A stretch of DNA of 38,572 bases, taken from positions 1-38,572 of IMG/VR virus record IMGVR_UViG_3300032373_000047; one strand, given 5' to 3'. Shown here one piece after another: positions 27,201-36,015 of the stretch. Position 1 is the stretch's first letter, and every line of letters begins with the position of its first letter. Below the pieces are notes generated by a model. It was not told the origin of the DNA. It made no database searches and worked only from the letters and a program-made list of their open reading frames with translations. Source of the stretch: a virus (Duplodnaviria; Caudoviricetes). The position numbers and the translations under genes were made by a program.

Positions 27201-28454
27201 CGGTTGCGCGGAACATATGGCCTGCCCGCTGATGCCAATGGTATTCCGCACCGCCTGGCGCGCATGGCGGTGAGTTTGAATTATCTGCGCCTGATGGGCG
27301 GGGTGACAATTTCATCCCTGTCCGATTTTCCGCGCGCCGTGATGACGCATGGAATTGGCAATGCATTCGGGCCAATGGTGCGTGCGCTGTCCGGTGATCT
27401 CAAAGCCATGCGCTCGATGGGCCAGGAATTGATGGATGCCGGGCCGGGCTTTGAAATGGTGCTGAATAACCGGGCGCATGCCATGGCCGATCTGATGGAT
27501 GATTATGGCCGCCATTCCAAGCTGGAACGCATGGTGACGGCGGCGCAGGGCCATTTTGGTTATGCCAGCCTGATTGCGCCCTGGAACCACGCCATGAAGT
27601 CGATCTCCGGCTTTGCGGTGCAAAACCGCGTCTTGCGGATCATCGAGGATGTGGCAGGCGGGCGCGTATCGCGCAAGGATGCCGCTTTCCTGGGCCGGAT
27701 CGGGATTGGTGAGGATGATGCGCGGGCGATGGCGCGCGAATTTGCGCGGCATGGCGAAACCGAAAACGGCCAGCGCCTGGCCAATAGCCGGGCCTGGGCC
27801 AATACCGAATTGCGCGAGCGCTGGCTGAACGCGGTGCGCAAGGAAGTCGATCGGCTGATTGTCACGCCGGGCCTGGACAAGCCCCTGACCGCTTCAAAGG
27901 ATTGGGGGCGGGTCTGGCTGCAATTCCGGTCGTATAATTTCGCCGCCACGCAGCGCGTCCTGATCGCCTATACGCAAGGTCTGGCCGCGCGCGATGCGCA
28001 TGCGGCGATGGCGCTGGCCACGCAGATCGGCATGGGGATGATCGTGGCCAAGCTGAAAGCGGAACAATACGGGATATCGACCGATGATTGGGAAACCGAA
28101 CGTTGGCTGGCCGAAGGCTTTGACCGCTCCGGCGTGATGGGCGTTTTAACCGATGTCAACATGATGGCCGAACATGCCACGCGGGGCCGGGTCGGTCTGT
28201 CGCGCCTGGCGGGCGAGGGGCGTCTGACGCGCTATGGCACCCGCAATGCGATCGGTGCCTGGATGGGGCCGTCCTTTGGCGGCGCGCAGGATACGCTGAC
28301 CGGGATTTCCGGCATGCTGTCGGGCGAAGGTGTGCGGGATAGCGATGTCGCGGCGCTGGGCCGTGTGCTGCCCTATCAAAACCTGTTCTGGCTGCGCGAT
28401 GTGTTTGATGGTGTGGAGGCGGCGACGGCGGACGCGATCGGCGCGGAAGAGTGA
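24279..28454 (+). CDS. Large internal virion (ejection) protein, gp16-like
   Basis: 1391 aa; AAFRTENLIG, WMPRVYN, QFRSYNFAA, VLPYQNLFWL motifs; synteny. Confidence 0.8.
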   Translation: MPFDRPNAQTPQPALTGLMDLSRSDPDFFRETIPAAFRTENLIGSTFARQSAPRFETDDFGAPTRYLRDAGFDPLDESYLAGYEDHVDRFATILTRDQGEALRANIDRERADRETLDGSGVAGMAAMMAAGMLDPTVLIPVGGQVRKGASLLSNVSRFALAAGEGAAVAELGLHATQETRTLEESAFAIAGATFLGGVIGGVAHPFLKSTDGIAAAARVEDDMVMPREGEPDWADPMQALPDGEPMPAGHYSRGVDAGADVGAAARERPTLDEQAIEGVVARAIGNAVRLQDPVLRGITSRSLRHRELIEGLADIPAGLVKNEARYAIRTLPDGREQRYLVWGKRTEQSVESFIRRRDSHLGAAVTAADDAYARYLHGRDRKAGDILASGIRAVTRTLPDGKMSRPDFHDEVTRAMRRGDVHDIPEVEAAAQQLRREFFDPLKDEARDMGLFGYELRAAENPDDPPVLVPREPNVADTAQSWMPRVYNREKIEAERPAFTALIHEHFIAKRNEAARQAEALDRELAATREDAQNLLAEGRRVLAERGRVRREARSTIDKAERARQRAGAGQREAATQAADAGRRSEATDFDELSPLDAAYYRGLQADVARGHGTERPVTLTQFIRGLGGIRDVGGDLKAMDAHLRNLVNNKSGAPADDVALAASEAGYIGSRAPDGEIVRGSLNDLTEAIRDELAGRRVVSENLDGELIAYEDMLADLGDAVEQAGLDVRAMSVEDFASWMDGGSYRKATGWRRGKHVEALRREELTSRRLRAAQDKVEDAEFDLEDARLLARSLREGAPALTEQANELRKAFKAQRARARALAREHDLADYRAQKTDDELLEDARRTVDHVLGGASGRLSFDGPGARSRSSVTRRADAGGLSGRFKPRVLDIRDELLEPWLDDNLEHALRLTQRSMVPDMELIKRYGSVDLEVQLKEIAEDYDRLIAPADPGDVAGLSKKKQNALSDMEGVRDRLRGTYGLPADANGIPHRLARMAVSLNYLRLMGGVTISSLSDFPRAVMTHGIGNAFGPMVRALSGDLKAMRSMGQELMDAGPGFEMVLNNRAHAMADLMDDYGRHSKLERMVTAAQGHFGYASLIAPWNHAMKSISGFAVQNRVLRIIEDVAGGRVSRKDAAFLGRIGIGEDDARAMAREFARHGETENGQRLANSRAWANTELRERWLNAVRKEVDRLIVTPGLDKPLTASKDWGRVWLQFRSYNFAATQRVLIAYTQGLAARDAHAAMALATQIGMGMIVAKLKAEQYGISTDDWETERWLAEGFDRSGVMGVLTDVNMMAEHATRGRVGLSRLAGEGRLTRYGTRNAIGAWMGPSFGGAQDTLTGISGMLSGEGVRDSDVAALGRVLPYQNLFWLRDVFDGVEAATADAIGAEE

Positions 28455-28516
28455 GCCGGGAATGAGGTGTCATTCTGAACCTATCTTATGGCGCGCGCGC
28501 GTGATCGGAGCGGTTC

Positions 28517-31309
28517 ATGACCATTGCCAATGTCAATACCTGGCCGATAACGGTCGGCGATGGTGCGACAACAGATTTTGAAATCAGTTTTGCGCCCTAT
28601 GCCAGTGACGCGACGATTGAAGTCAAAACCCTGACAATTGCGACCGGCGTGGAAAACGCCAAGACCGAGGGCGTGGATTATTCCATCGTCACGGTTACGG
28701 GCGTTCAGTATGTGCGCTTCGGCACGGCGCCCCCTGCGACCGAAAAAGTCCTGATCCGATCCGTCACACCATCCAAACAGGCGCAAGCCTATGTCGATGG
28801 CTCCAATTTTCCTGCCGCCGCGATCGAGGCGCAACTGGATCGCATGGCGCGTGTCAGTGATGAAATTCAGGATATATTGTCGCGGGCCGTTCGGGTTCCT
28901 GCTGATGAAAACGGTGTAGTATTTCCCGCCAAGGCGCTGTGGGATGACAAGGTTGCGGTTCCCCAGGCTGATGGTTCCTGGTTGCTGATTGCGACCACGG
29001 ATTTAGAGGCGTTGGCCTCTCGCGTGGACGGGATAGATGCGTTGTCGACTGTCGCGCGGCTTGCGGCGATCGATGCGATTAAGGCGGATTTCGACGGCGC
29101 TGACACGATTGGCGATGCGGCGGCATTGCTGGCTGCGGTTTCGCCGGGGCTTTTGGCGAAGGATACGGGGGGTGCGCCGGTTACTCGCACGCTGACTGCG
29201 GGCGATGGATTGGCTGTGACAAATGGCGATGGTGGGTCTGGCGATCCGACCGTGGCCTGGGCGAGTAATCTGACCGCGCTGCGCCAATGGGCCGCGACCT
29301 TCATTTCAGCGCCGACTTCAATCCCGGCCTCCACGCGCCCGGTGCAGATGACACCAACAGGTGTGTTGGAGTACGGACCGGGCGGCACGCCGGGTGGTGG
29401 TGATTTGCTGTCGGCTCAAAATCTGGCTGATGTGGCCAAGATCGGGACGGCCAAGAAAAACCTTCGATATTGGTGCGACACGATCGCCGATCTGACCGCC
29501 TTTTCCAAGGCCAGTCTGGAAGATGGCGAGCAGGCACGGGTGACGCGCGTTGTCGCGGCTGGGCCTAAGCGGCTGCAAACATGGATATGGGACGAGGCGT
29601 CTACTGCCACGGTTGATAATGTGGTTGTGCGCACGGCTGACGAGGGTGGTACGGGGCGTTGGGTATTGAAGCTGCCGGACTTGCTGACCCCCGCCGATGG
29701 TGGCGCGCTCTATGATGATCCGGGCAATGGCACGGGCACCGATGATCTGGCCGCTGCACAGGCGTCCGCCAATGCGGCTGCGAGCTATGGTGTTCGCTTT
29801 GCCTGGGGCGCGGGCAAGCAGCGCTGGAATGGGAAATTTGAAGTACCAGCCGGGCTGGATTGTATCGGCAACCCACGCGCCTGTGAAATTATTGATACGC
29901 GCGCCAGCAGTTATACCCCGCTGATCGAAGCGCGAGCAGTTTCGGGGTGGCGGCTGGCCGGTGCAAAAATCATCACACAAAATTCGTTTGCGGCGAATTC
30001 GGGTTATGGCGCAAGCCAGGTCCTGGTGCGCGATGGGTGTCTCGATGGAGATGTCCGCGACATGATTTTTGAGGGGCCGACGCAGCGTTGCGTAACGGTT
30101 CTGAATTCAGAAGGTATTCGGCTGTCCGATCTACGCGGCATGGGTTTTTTAAACGCCCTGGTCCGGGTGTCCAGCGATACGGTGATGGATACGCCGTCGA
30201 TCGATGAAGCTGACGATAATCCGATCCCGGTGCGCGATATTGAAATTCTGCGCTGCAAGGGTCGTGGGACGGACACATGGACGTCATCAACCAAGGTGGC
30301 CAATTACGGCATTATTGTGCAATCGCTTGATGATGCGGCTGATGAAACCAGCGATATTTCAATTATCGATTGCTCGATCACGCGCACCAAGCTGCAAGGT
30401 ATCAATGTTTCTGGTGCCAACACGTATAGCTGGGAAATTCGCGGTTGTAATACGTCTTATGTCGATGATGAAAACGCGACCTATGCCAGCCGGGCTGGCG
30501 CGGGACTTTTGGTGCAGACCTCCGATGGCGGGCCTGCGCGCCGGGGAACGGTGACGGGTTGCACCGATGTGGGGTCTTTTGTTGGTCAATTTGTTGTTGG
30601 TGCCAACGTTTCTGGCGACGATATTGAACAACTCGTCTGGCAGGGGAATGTTGCCGTTGACAATATCCGCAACGGCTTGCGCCTGCTTTATGTGCGCGAC
30701 ACTGCGATTACCGGCTGCGTCTATTCGGGTGCGACGGGCGGTGGCGAGGCATTAACGGGCGGCAATGGCGATGGGATTTATGTTCTCGCGAGTGATTACA
30801 TCAAGCTGACTGACGTGATCTGTAACGATAATGCGGGCATTTCGATACAGAGTGATGCGACCAGTAGTTATGTGACCGTCACCGGCTTGCGGGCTGCGGA
30901 CAACGGCACGGACGCGCCGACGCTGGCGGGTACAAATGATTTGCTGATTGACACGCAAGGTCTGTTAAAGGTGTCGGGCTCCGGGATCGTGTTCGATGTC
31001 AATTCCAACAGCAATACGATTGTCGCGGCGATCCGTTATCAGGGTTCGATTGTAGGCTATTTGGGTACACGCGGCGCGTCTGGTGACCTGGTGTTGTACG
31101 ACGCGACGGCGGGCACGTACATCAATCTGACATCGGCAATCATCAATACAAATAAGCCATTGCAGCGCGATGGCACGCAAATTCTCGATACTCGGAAGAT
31201 CGAAGCCGACCTGGCCAATACGGCCAATAGTGGTGATGCAGACACGGATGATCTGATCGATGCGATTGTTTCGATTATCGAGCATCACGGCCTGGGCGCG
31301 TCGAGTTAG
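28517..31309 (+). CDS. Tail spike/fibre with T7 gp17-like N-terminal anchor and parallel beta-helix (depolymerase-like)
   Basis: GDGATTDFEISF...AIEAQLDRM anchor; GTGRWVL; GTDDLAAAQA; repeated GIxV/IxIxxC beta-helix motifs. Confidence 0.82.
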   Translation: MTIANVNTWPITVGDGATTDFEISFAPYASDATIEVKTLTIATGVENAKTEGVDYSIVTVTGVQYVRFGTAPPATEKVLIRSVTPSKQAQAYVDGSNFPAAAIEAQLDRMARVSDEIQDILSRAVRVPADENGVVFPAKALWDDKVAVPQADGSWLLIATTDLEALASRVDGIDALSTVARLAAIDAIKADFDGADTIGDAAALLAAVSPGLLAKDTGGAPVTRTLTAGDGLAVTNGDGGSGDPTVAWASNLTALRQWAATFISAPTSIPASTRPVQMTPTGVLEYGPGGTPGGGDLLSAQNLADVAKIGTAKKNLRYWCDTIADLTAFSKASLEDGEQARVTRVVAAGPKRLQTWIWDEASTATVDNVVVRTADEGGTGRWVLKLPDLLTPADGGALYDDPGNGTGTDDLAAAQASANAAASYGVRFAWGAGKQRWNGKFEVPAGLDCIGNPRACEIIDTRASSYTPLIEARAVSGWRLAGAKIITQNSFAANSGYGASQVLVRDGCLDGDVRDMIFEGPTQRCVTVLNSEGIRLSDLRGMGFLNALVRVSSDTVMDTPSIDEADDNPIPVRDIEILRCKGRGTDTWTSSTKVANYGIIVQSLDDAADETSDISIIDCSITRTKLQGINVSGANTYSWEIRGCNTSYVDDENATYASRAGAGLLVQTSDGGPARRGTVTGCTDVGSFVGQFVVGANVSGDDIEQLVWQGNVAVDNIRNGLRLLYVRDTAITGCVYSGATGGGEALTGGNGDGIYVLASDYIKLTDVICNDNAGISIQSDATSSYVTVTGLRAADNGTDAPTLAGTNDLLIDTQGLLKVSGSGIVFDVNSNSNTIVAAIRYQGSIVGYLGTRGASGDLVLYDATAGTYINLTSAIINTNKPLQRDGTQILDTRKIEADLANTANSGDADTDDLIDAIVSIIEHHGLGASS

Positions 31310-31324
31310 GATTGGAGGTTTTAG

Positions 31325-31474
31325 GTGTCGGAAAAAAAAGATTTTGTGCCGGTCGGGCAGGAGAAGCCCGCCGATTTTGAGCCAGAAGCGTGGGAGCGGT
31401 TTGAGCAGGAGCGCGCGCCCATCGATCGGTCGAAAATTGTGGTCGAACATCTGCCGCCGCCAATTGAGGATTAG
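31325..31474 (+). CDS. Small acidic protein (49 aa; not in the ORF track)
   Basis: GGAGG RBS, GTG start; VSEKKDFVPVGQEKPADFEPEAWERFEQER...; fills the gap between genes. Confidence 0.55.
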   Translation: MSEKKDFVPVGQEKPADFEPEAWERFEQERAPIDRSKIVVEHLPPPIED

Positions 31475-31483
31475 GAGTAAGTT

Positions 31484-31834
31484 ATGTCTACAGCAAGTGT
31501 GCAGTTTATACGGTTTGGAATTGCCAGTCGCCAGGGAAGCCGAAACCTGCCTGCCGACATGATGATTGGGGGATATAGCGCGCGAGAAGAAGTCGCCGTT
31601 ACCGGCACGGCGACGGCGGGTGGTTCGCGACCGGAGTGTCCCGCATTAGTGGATGACGATGATCTTGGGTACACCCATGTCCGTATCCAGGCGCTAGACG
31701 GCGACATGATTGCGCAGGTCGGGGATGATCCGACTGCCAGCCAGACGGCGGGTGTGCTGGTCACTGTCGGACAGGAAGTCATTTTGCCGTGTCTGGCGGA
31801 ACAACTTGTCTCTCTTGTGACGCGCACGGCCTGA
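31484..31834 (+). CDS. Small beta-rich virion protein (possible fibre base/adaptor)
   Basis: AGGAG RBS; VRIQAL...QVGDDPTA..TAGVLV; coupled to the next gene. Confidence 0.65.
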   Translation: MSTASVQFIRFGIASRQGSRNLPADMMIGGYSAREEVAVTGTATAGGSRPECPALVDDDDLGYTHVRIQALDGDMIAQVGDDPTASQTAGVLVTVGQEVILPCLAEQLVSLVTRTA

Positions 31835-33123
31835 TGGGTGCGAAGTTTGGATATGGGCACAGCCTGAACCGGGGCGTTCCTGCGCGTGGATTGACGCCGC
31901 TCATGGCCGATATGCTGGCCGGGGCCGGGTTGGCCCCGCGCCAGATTGGCGCGGCGGCGGATTTTACACGCGATGAATATTGGTCTGGCGGTTCGCGCTA
32001 TGCGCTGGAAAACTGGCCCGGTTGGTCTTACAGCCGGACGGGTACGCGGTATTCTGACAGCGCAGACGGAAGCCTGACCAGCTTTGCGGCCAATGTTCCC
32101 CGCCGGACAGACAAGGGCTTGGCTGTGGATGCGGGTGCGACGAACGTTCTGACGTATTCGCAGGATTTCAGCAACGCGGCTTGGGTCGGCTCGTCGGCTG
32201 GAACGGGCTCTGACCCTGTTGTGACTGCGAATGCGGGGGTTGCTCCTGATGGTACAATGACCGCTGACCAGATTGTTTTTGATCGCGGTGCGGGCGACAC
32301 TTCGAGCGACAGTTCGACGATGACGCAGGCACCGACCACAAGCGCGGGAACCTACACTGGTGGGCTGTGGCTCAAGGCCGCGACCGGCGATGACGTTGGC
32401 AAGGAAATATTGTTGCGGCATGTTTACGTTGGAGCCTTTACGGTCCTCACACTGACCGCCGATTGGGTGCGTCACTCTGTGACAGAGACACAATTTGCCA
32501 ATAATTTCCAGATTCTAAATCGCGGGACTTATTCGACTGGCAACTCGGTGTCGCTGCTGGCTTGGCAGGCGCAACTTGTGTCGGGCTCGGTTGCGGTTCC
32601 AGACATTCCCACAACCAGCGCAAGCGCCTCTGCGGGGGCTGACGTGGCTTCTGTTGATCTGGGGGTTTCGGGCGGGCTGTGGACGAACCTCGGCAATCTG
32701 GACCCGTCGAATGGGTTTACAATTGTTTGTAATTTCAATCTCCCGTACATCCCAACAAACCAGCCCTATGTCTTTTCGGTTGGCACGGACGTAAGCAATC
32801 GCATTGGCTTTTACATTAACTCCATTGGAAATATTAGGACTTGGGGGATTGGCGGCGGCGCCTCTTATACAACAAGTCTTGGCGCGGCGCTTCTTGGCAG
32901 TAACAAGGTGGCCCTCGCGTTCGAGCCGGGTGTGGAGTTGCGCGGGAGCGCGAATGGTGGTGCAGGCGTTGGCGATCTATCTGGGTCAACGCCCACCAGT
33001 TACACAAGTCTAATCTTCGGAGCGCGCCACGGGCAAGCGCCAATAGGCAATATGTATATTGAGCGGAACGCTGTAATTGAGGGCGCGCTGACAGACGCAC
33101 AACTTCAGGTGCTTTCGACATGA
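31834..33123 (+). CDS. Second fibre/spike protein with carbohydrate-binding / ConA-LamG-like domains
   Basis: YSRTGT...FAANVPR...GLAVDAGATNVLTYSQDFSNAAW...APDGTMTAD; C-terminus ALTDAQLQVLST. Confidence 0.75.
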   Translation: MGAKFGYGHSLNRGVPARGLTPLMADMLAGAGLAPRQIGAAADFTRDEYWSGGSRYALENWPGWSYSRTGTRYSDSADGSLTSFAANVPRRTDKGLAVDAGATNVLTYSQDFSNAAWVGSSAGTGSDPVVTANAGVAPDGTMTADQIVFDRGAGDTSSDSSTMTQAPTTSAGTYTGGLWLKAATGDDVGKEILLRHVYVGAFTVLTLTADWVRHSVTETQFANNFQILNRGTYSTGNSVSLLAWQAQLVSGSVAVPDIPTTSASASAGADVASVDLGVSGGLWTNLGNLDPSNGFTIVCNFNLPYIPTNQPYVFSVGTDVSNRIGFYINSIGNIRTWGIGGGASYTTSLGAALLGSNKVALAFEPGVELRGSANGGAGVGDLSGSTPTSYTSLIFGARHGQAPIGNMYIERNAVIEGALTDAQLQVLST

Positions 33124-33443
33124 CAAACTTCATCGGACCTTCTGCTATTCACGTCCCTATCCCGATATATGGTGAGCCTATCACAGATGATGACGGAATA
33201 GAGCGTCGTTCTGTTACGGAATACGCGCCGGGCTATCACGTCAACATCGCTCGCAGCGATATAACCGACGCGCTTGGAGCCTTTGAGGTTACGCCGGGGC
33301 CAAATACGCCTGCAAACACTTGGGCGGGTGACGAGCAAGGCGACGATGGCTGCTGGTTGAACACGGCGTTTCTGGCGTTCGCAGACGAGGCCGAGGCGCG
33401 CGAGGCGTTGGGCGGTCTGCTTTATCCCGACGATCCCGAGTGA
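33120..33443 (+). CDS. Hypothetical tail-associated protein
   Basis: 107 aa; PGYHVN...TPANTWAG; ATGA overlap. Confidence 0.7.
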   Translation: MTNFIGPSAIHVPIPIYGEPITDDDGIERRSVTEYAPGYHVNIARSDITDALGAFEVTPGPNTPANTWAGDEQGDDGCWLNTAFLAFADEAEAREALGGLLYPDDPE

Positions 33444-33453
33444 AAGGCCGCCC

Positions 33454-33888
33454 ATGATTGACGCTCCGCAATCCCTGACCGGATGGCTGAACCTCGCCGC
33501 CCATGTCTGGGCGCTGCTGGCCTATCTCGCAGCGGCGGTGGCCGGCGTGCGGGCGCTGTCCGGCACTTATGACCATGCGCCGGCCTGGCCGTCCTGCCTG
33601 GTGGCCGACGCGACGCGGTGGCTGTTCGGTTTGCCCCGATCACCGCGCGCGTGGCGGCCGCGCGACTTCATCTCGCTTGGCGTATTCGGCGCGGTGCTGG
33701 CGTGCGGCTTCGGCGTCGTCAACCAGATTGATTTCCTGAACGGCTTCGACTGGCGAAAGCTGGGCGGCTGGCAATCTTTGCTGATGGCCGTGGCCCACAT
33801 CATCACGGGCTCGGTCCTGATCATTCTTCATTGCGGCGTCGGTCTTCTCTTTTCGGCTGACCGGAAAAAGGAAAGGGCGCGCACATGA
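33454..33888 (+). CDS. Membrane protein (holin/antiholin candidate)
   Basis: About three hydrophobic segments and a basic C-terminus; start of the lysis cassette. Confidence 0.6.
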   Translation: MIDAPQSLTGWLNLAAHVWALLAYLAAAVAGVRALSGTYDHAPAWPSCLVADATRWLFGLPRSPRAWRPRDFISLGVFGAVLACGFGVVNQIDFLNGFDWRKLGGWQSLLMAVAHIITGSVLIILHCGVGLLFSADRKKERART

Positions 33889-34223
33889 GCGTGGAGCCTG
33901 GGGGTCTGGCGCGGTTGCACCAGCTGATCAACGATGCGGCCGATCTGGCTGTCATCTCGTTGTTTTTGGTCGCGTCGACCATCTTTTTCCTGCCGGGGAT
34001 CCAGCGTCGCTGGTCCTATGCCGGCGCGTCGGTCGCAATGGGCATCGTCCTGGGCCTTGCCGCGCGCTGGTCACCGCTTCCCGACGGGTTTGAAATCCTC
34101 GGGACAATGGCCGGCGTGCTGGCCGGGCCGGTCACGGTCCTGAAACTGCAGGGCAAGGACGTGTTTGAAATCATCGATGAGATCAAGCGCGCCCGGCGAT
34201 CCAGCGACGGTGACGCGGAATGA
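33885..34223 (+). CDS. Holin candidate
   Basis: 112 aa; about three hydrophobic segments and a charged tail. Confidence 0.6.
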   Translation: MSVEPGGLARLHQLINDAADLAVISLFLVASTIFFLPGIQRRWSYAGASVAMGIVLGLAARWSPLPDGFEILGTMAGVLAGPVTVLKLQGKDVFEIIDEIKRARRSSDGDAE

Positions 34224-34414
34224 CCCGCAAGATTGACACCATCATCGTCCATTGCAGCGCGACCCGCGCCAGCCAGATGATCGGCGCGGCGACGTTGATT
34301 GTTTGGCTGGTCCAGATTGCATTTGATGTCGATGTCTCGCCCGGCGTCGAGGGCGCGCTTGCCACATTTTTGATGGCGGGTGCTGCCTACTTTGCGAAGG
34401 AGCGGGTGGCGTGA
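34220..34414 (+). CDS. Chimeric ORF: amidase N-terminal remnant fused to a 2-TM holin-like C-terminus
   Basis: MTRKIDTIIVHCSATRASQMIGAA followed by TLIVWLVQIAF...VEGALATFLMAGAAYFAKER. Confidence 0.65.
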   Translation: MTRKIDTIIVHCSATRASQMIGAATLIVWLVQIAFDVDVSPGVEGALATFLMAGAAYFAKERVA

Positions 34415-34863
34415 GCGATCTTGTCCTACAACGGGTCAAGTTTGATGCCAACGCAACGCAGGGCATTTTGACCCTGAATGGAGAGCGTTTGTGCGTCACT
34501 CTGGAAAATCGGCCGCCGCGCGAGGTGGGCGTGAAAGAGCCCGGTCTGTCGCGCATTCCAGCCGGGACACATGGCCTGCGCCTGCGCGATGAAGGCGGGT
34601 TCTATAATCGCTATACCAATAAATGGGCCTGGCACCGCGACATGATCGAGATCGTTCTGCCGGGCTGGAAGTATGTCCTGTTTCATGTCGGCAATTACCA
34701 CACCGACACGCATGGCTGTGTCCTGGTTGGCAAAACACCGGGCCAGTCAGAACAATTTGGCCTGTGCGTCTGGTCGTCGGTCAAAGCCTATAAGCGGATA
34801 TATCCGGTGCTGCATGCGATTGCGGCGCGCGGCGGGGTCCTGGTCGTGAGGGATGAGGGGTGA
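34411..34863 (+). CDS. DUF5675-family putative endolysin
   Basis: T.G.L...G..LCVTLE...SRIPAGT...VLFHVGN...DTHGCVLVG. Confidence 0.8.
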   Translation: MSDLVLQRVKFDANATQGILTLNGERLCVTLENRPPREVGVKEPGLSRIPAGTHGLRLRDEGGFYNRYTNKWAWHRDMIEIVLPGWKYVLFHVGNYHTDTHGCVLVGKTPGQSEQFGLCVWSSVKAYKRIYPVLHAIAARGGVLVVRDEG

Positions 34864-35249
34864 GCGTCCTCTGGTCATATATCGCCACTGGCATGGCCGG
34901 TGTCGTCACCGGGATGTTGCTGACCACCTATTTCCCCTGGGGCGGGATCATGGATTTGCGCGAACAGCGCGATGTGGCGGTGGCTGCCGCGCAAGGCCAG
35001 GCCGAGGCCTTCGATGCCAGCGAGGCGATCCGAAAAGATGAAGGCGCGGCTGCGATTATCGGCGTCGATGATGAACGCCAATCCTGCGCGGATGAAATCG
35101 CCTCTCTAAGCGCCGTCTATGAGCGCGCGCTGGAACAGGCACTAGGAGATCAAAATCATGAAAACGCGAACGTGGACCCTATTGGCGGTCGTGATATCCG
35201 CCCTCCTGGTGGGCGGGTGCCAGACGATACCGCGATGGGCGAGGATTGA
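34860..35249 (+). CDS. Inner-membrane spanin (Rz-like)
   Basis: N-terminal TM segment followed by a coiled-coil; directly after the endolysin. Confidence 0.75.
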   Translation: MSVLWSYIATGMAGVVTGMLLTTYFPWGGIMDLREQRDVAVAAAQGQAEAFDASEAIRKDEGAAAIIGVDDERQSCADEIASLSAVYERALEQALGDQNHENANVDPIGGRDIRPPGGRVPDDTAMGED

Positions 35250-35469
35250 CGCGCCCGAAGCACAAGCGCCCGATCCGCGCATTTGCGCCGCCATTCAGGC
35301 GCCGCCCGTGCTGCCCGATGGGGCGGGCTATCCCGAAGCCGTCACGCCGCGCGAGATACTTGCGCAAGCGCGCGCCGATGCCTGGATCAATCGCCTGACC
35401 AAATGGGGCCAGCGCGGCTGGGAAATTGTCAGCGTGGCGCAGGCGGGGTGCGGCGATCAGGCGGGCTGA
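35158..35469 (+). CDS. Outer-membrane spanin lipoprotein (Rz1-like)
   Basis: Signal peptide with lipobox LVGGC; Pro-rich; overlaps the i-spanin 3' end; AGGAG RBS. Confidence 0.8.
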   Translation: MKTRTWTLLAVVISALLVGGCQTIPRWARIDAPEAQAPDPRICAAIQAPPVLPDGAGYPEAVTPREILAQARADAWINRLTKWGQRGWEIVSVAQAGCGDQAG

Positions 35470-35503
35470 ATGCCCTTCTGATCATGGATCGGGGTCGTTC
35501 AAA

Positions 35504-35614
35504 TTAGATGGGTCCGAGCGCAAGTCCTCGTCGCCCCCGGTCATGCCCTGTGGCGTCCCAAGTTCTCCCGCAGTGGCGGCACTGAAAAATGAAAACTGGC
35601 TTGTGCAGGGTCAT
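35504..35614 (-). CDS. 36-aa CxxC peptide (possible zinc-ribbon remnant)
   Basis: MTLHKPVFIFQCRHCGRTWDATG...; ATGA-coupled to the upstream gene with a GAGGA RBS. Confidence 0.4.
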   Translation of the reverse strand: MTLHKPVFIFQCRHCGRTWDATGHDRGRRGLALGPI

Positions 35615-36015
35615 TGTTGTTCCTCGCTTTGCTCTTTGCGGTCCTCACGGCGGCGCTCCTGCGCAACGATGCGCTCGATCAAGTCGTGAATAGGTTTCGC
35701 AGGAACCGATAGGATTGCACCGCTTTTCGCGTAAACGGTCTTGGCGGTGACAATATGAATGGGTGGCGTCCGGCGACCTATCGCGCGCCCAATCCACCAA
35801 GTCGCAAACAAAATCAGCCCGGCGACCAAACCCGTGTCTGCTTCGCTCATATCAGACACGAATGAAATCAGGCCCACGACCGCAAAAAACATCAGTGCGC
35901 GATAGGTCCACGTCACCGACCCGAATGCGTACCGTCTGAAGTAGCGCCAATACCGGCCCGCAGGCGAAGCCGAGGACACGGACCCGGTTACGGGCTCATC
36001 TGATTTACTCATCAC
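35611..36015 (-). CDS. Membrane protein (2 TM), moron
   Basis: 134 aa; two hydrophobic segments; AGGAG RBS. Confidence 0.7.
   Translation of the reverse strand: MMSKSDEPVTGSVSSASPAGRYWRYFRRYAFGSVTWTYRALMFFAVVGLISFVSDMSEADTGLVAGLILFATWWIGRAIGRRTPPIHIVTAKTVYAKSGAILSVPAKPIHDLIERIVAQERRREDRKEQSEEQQ

Noticed and set aside
31331-31340. A8 tract as a frameshift or phase-variation site
   Set aside because: The 49-aa ORF is intact in frame and I found no supporting downstream structure.
28517-33443. Diversity-generating retroelement, as in BPP-1
   Set aside because: No reverse transcriptase motif and no TR/VR repeat pair were seen.
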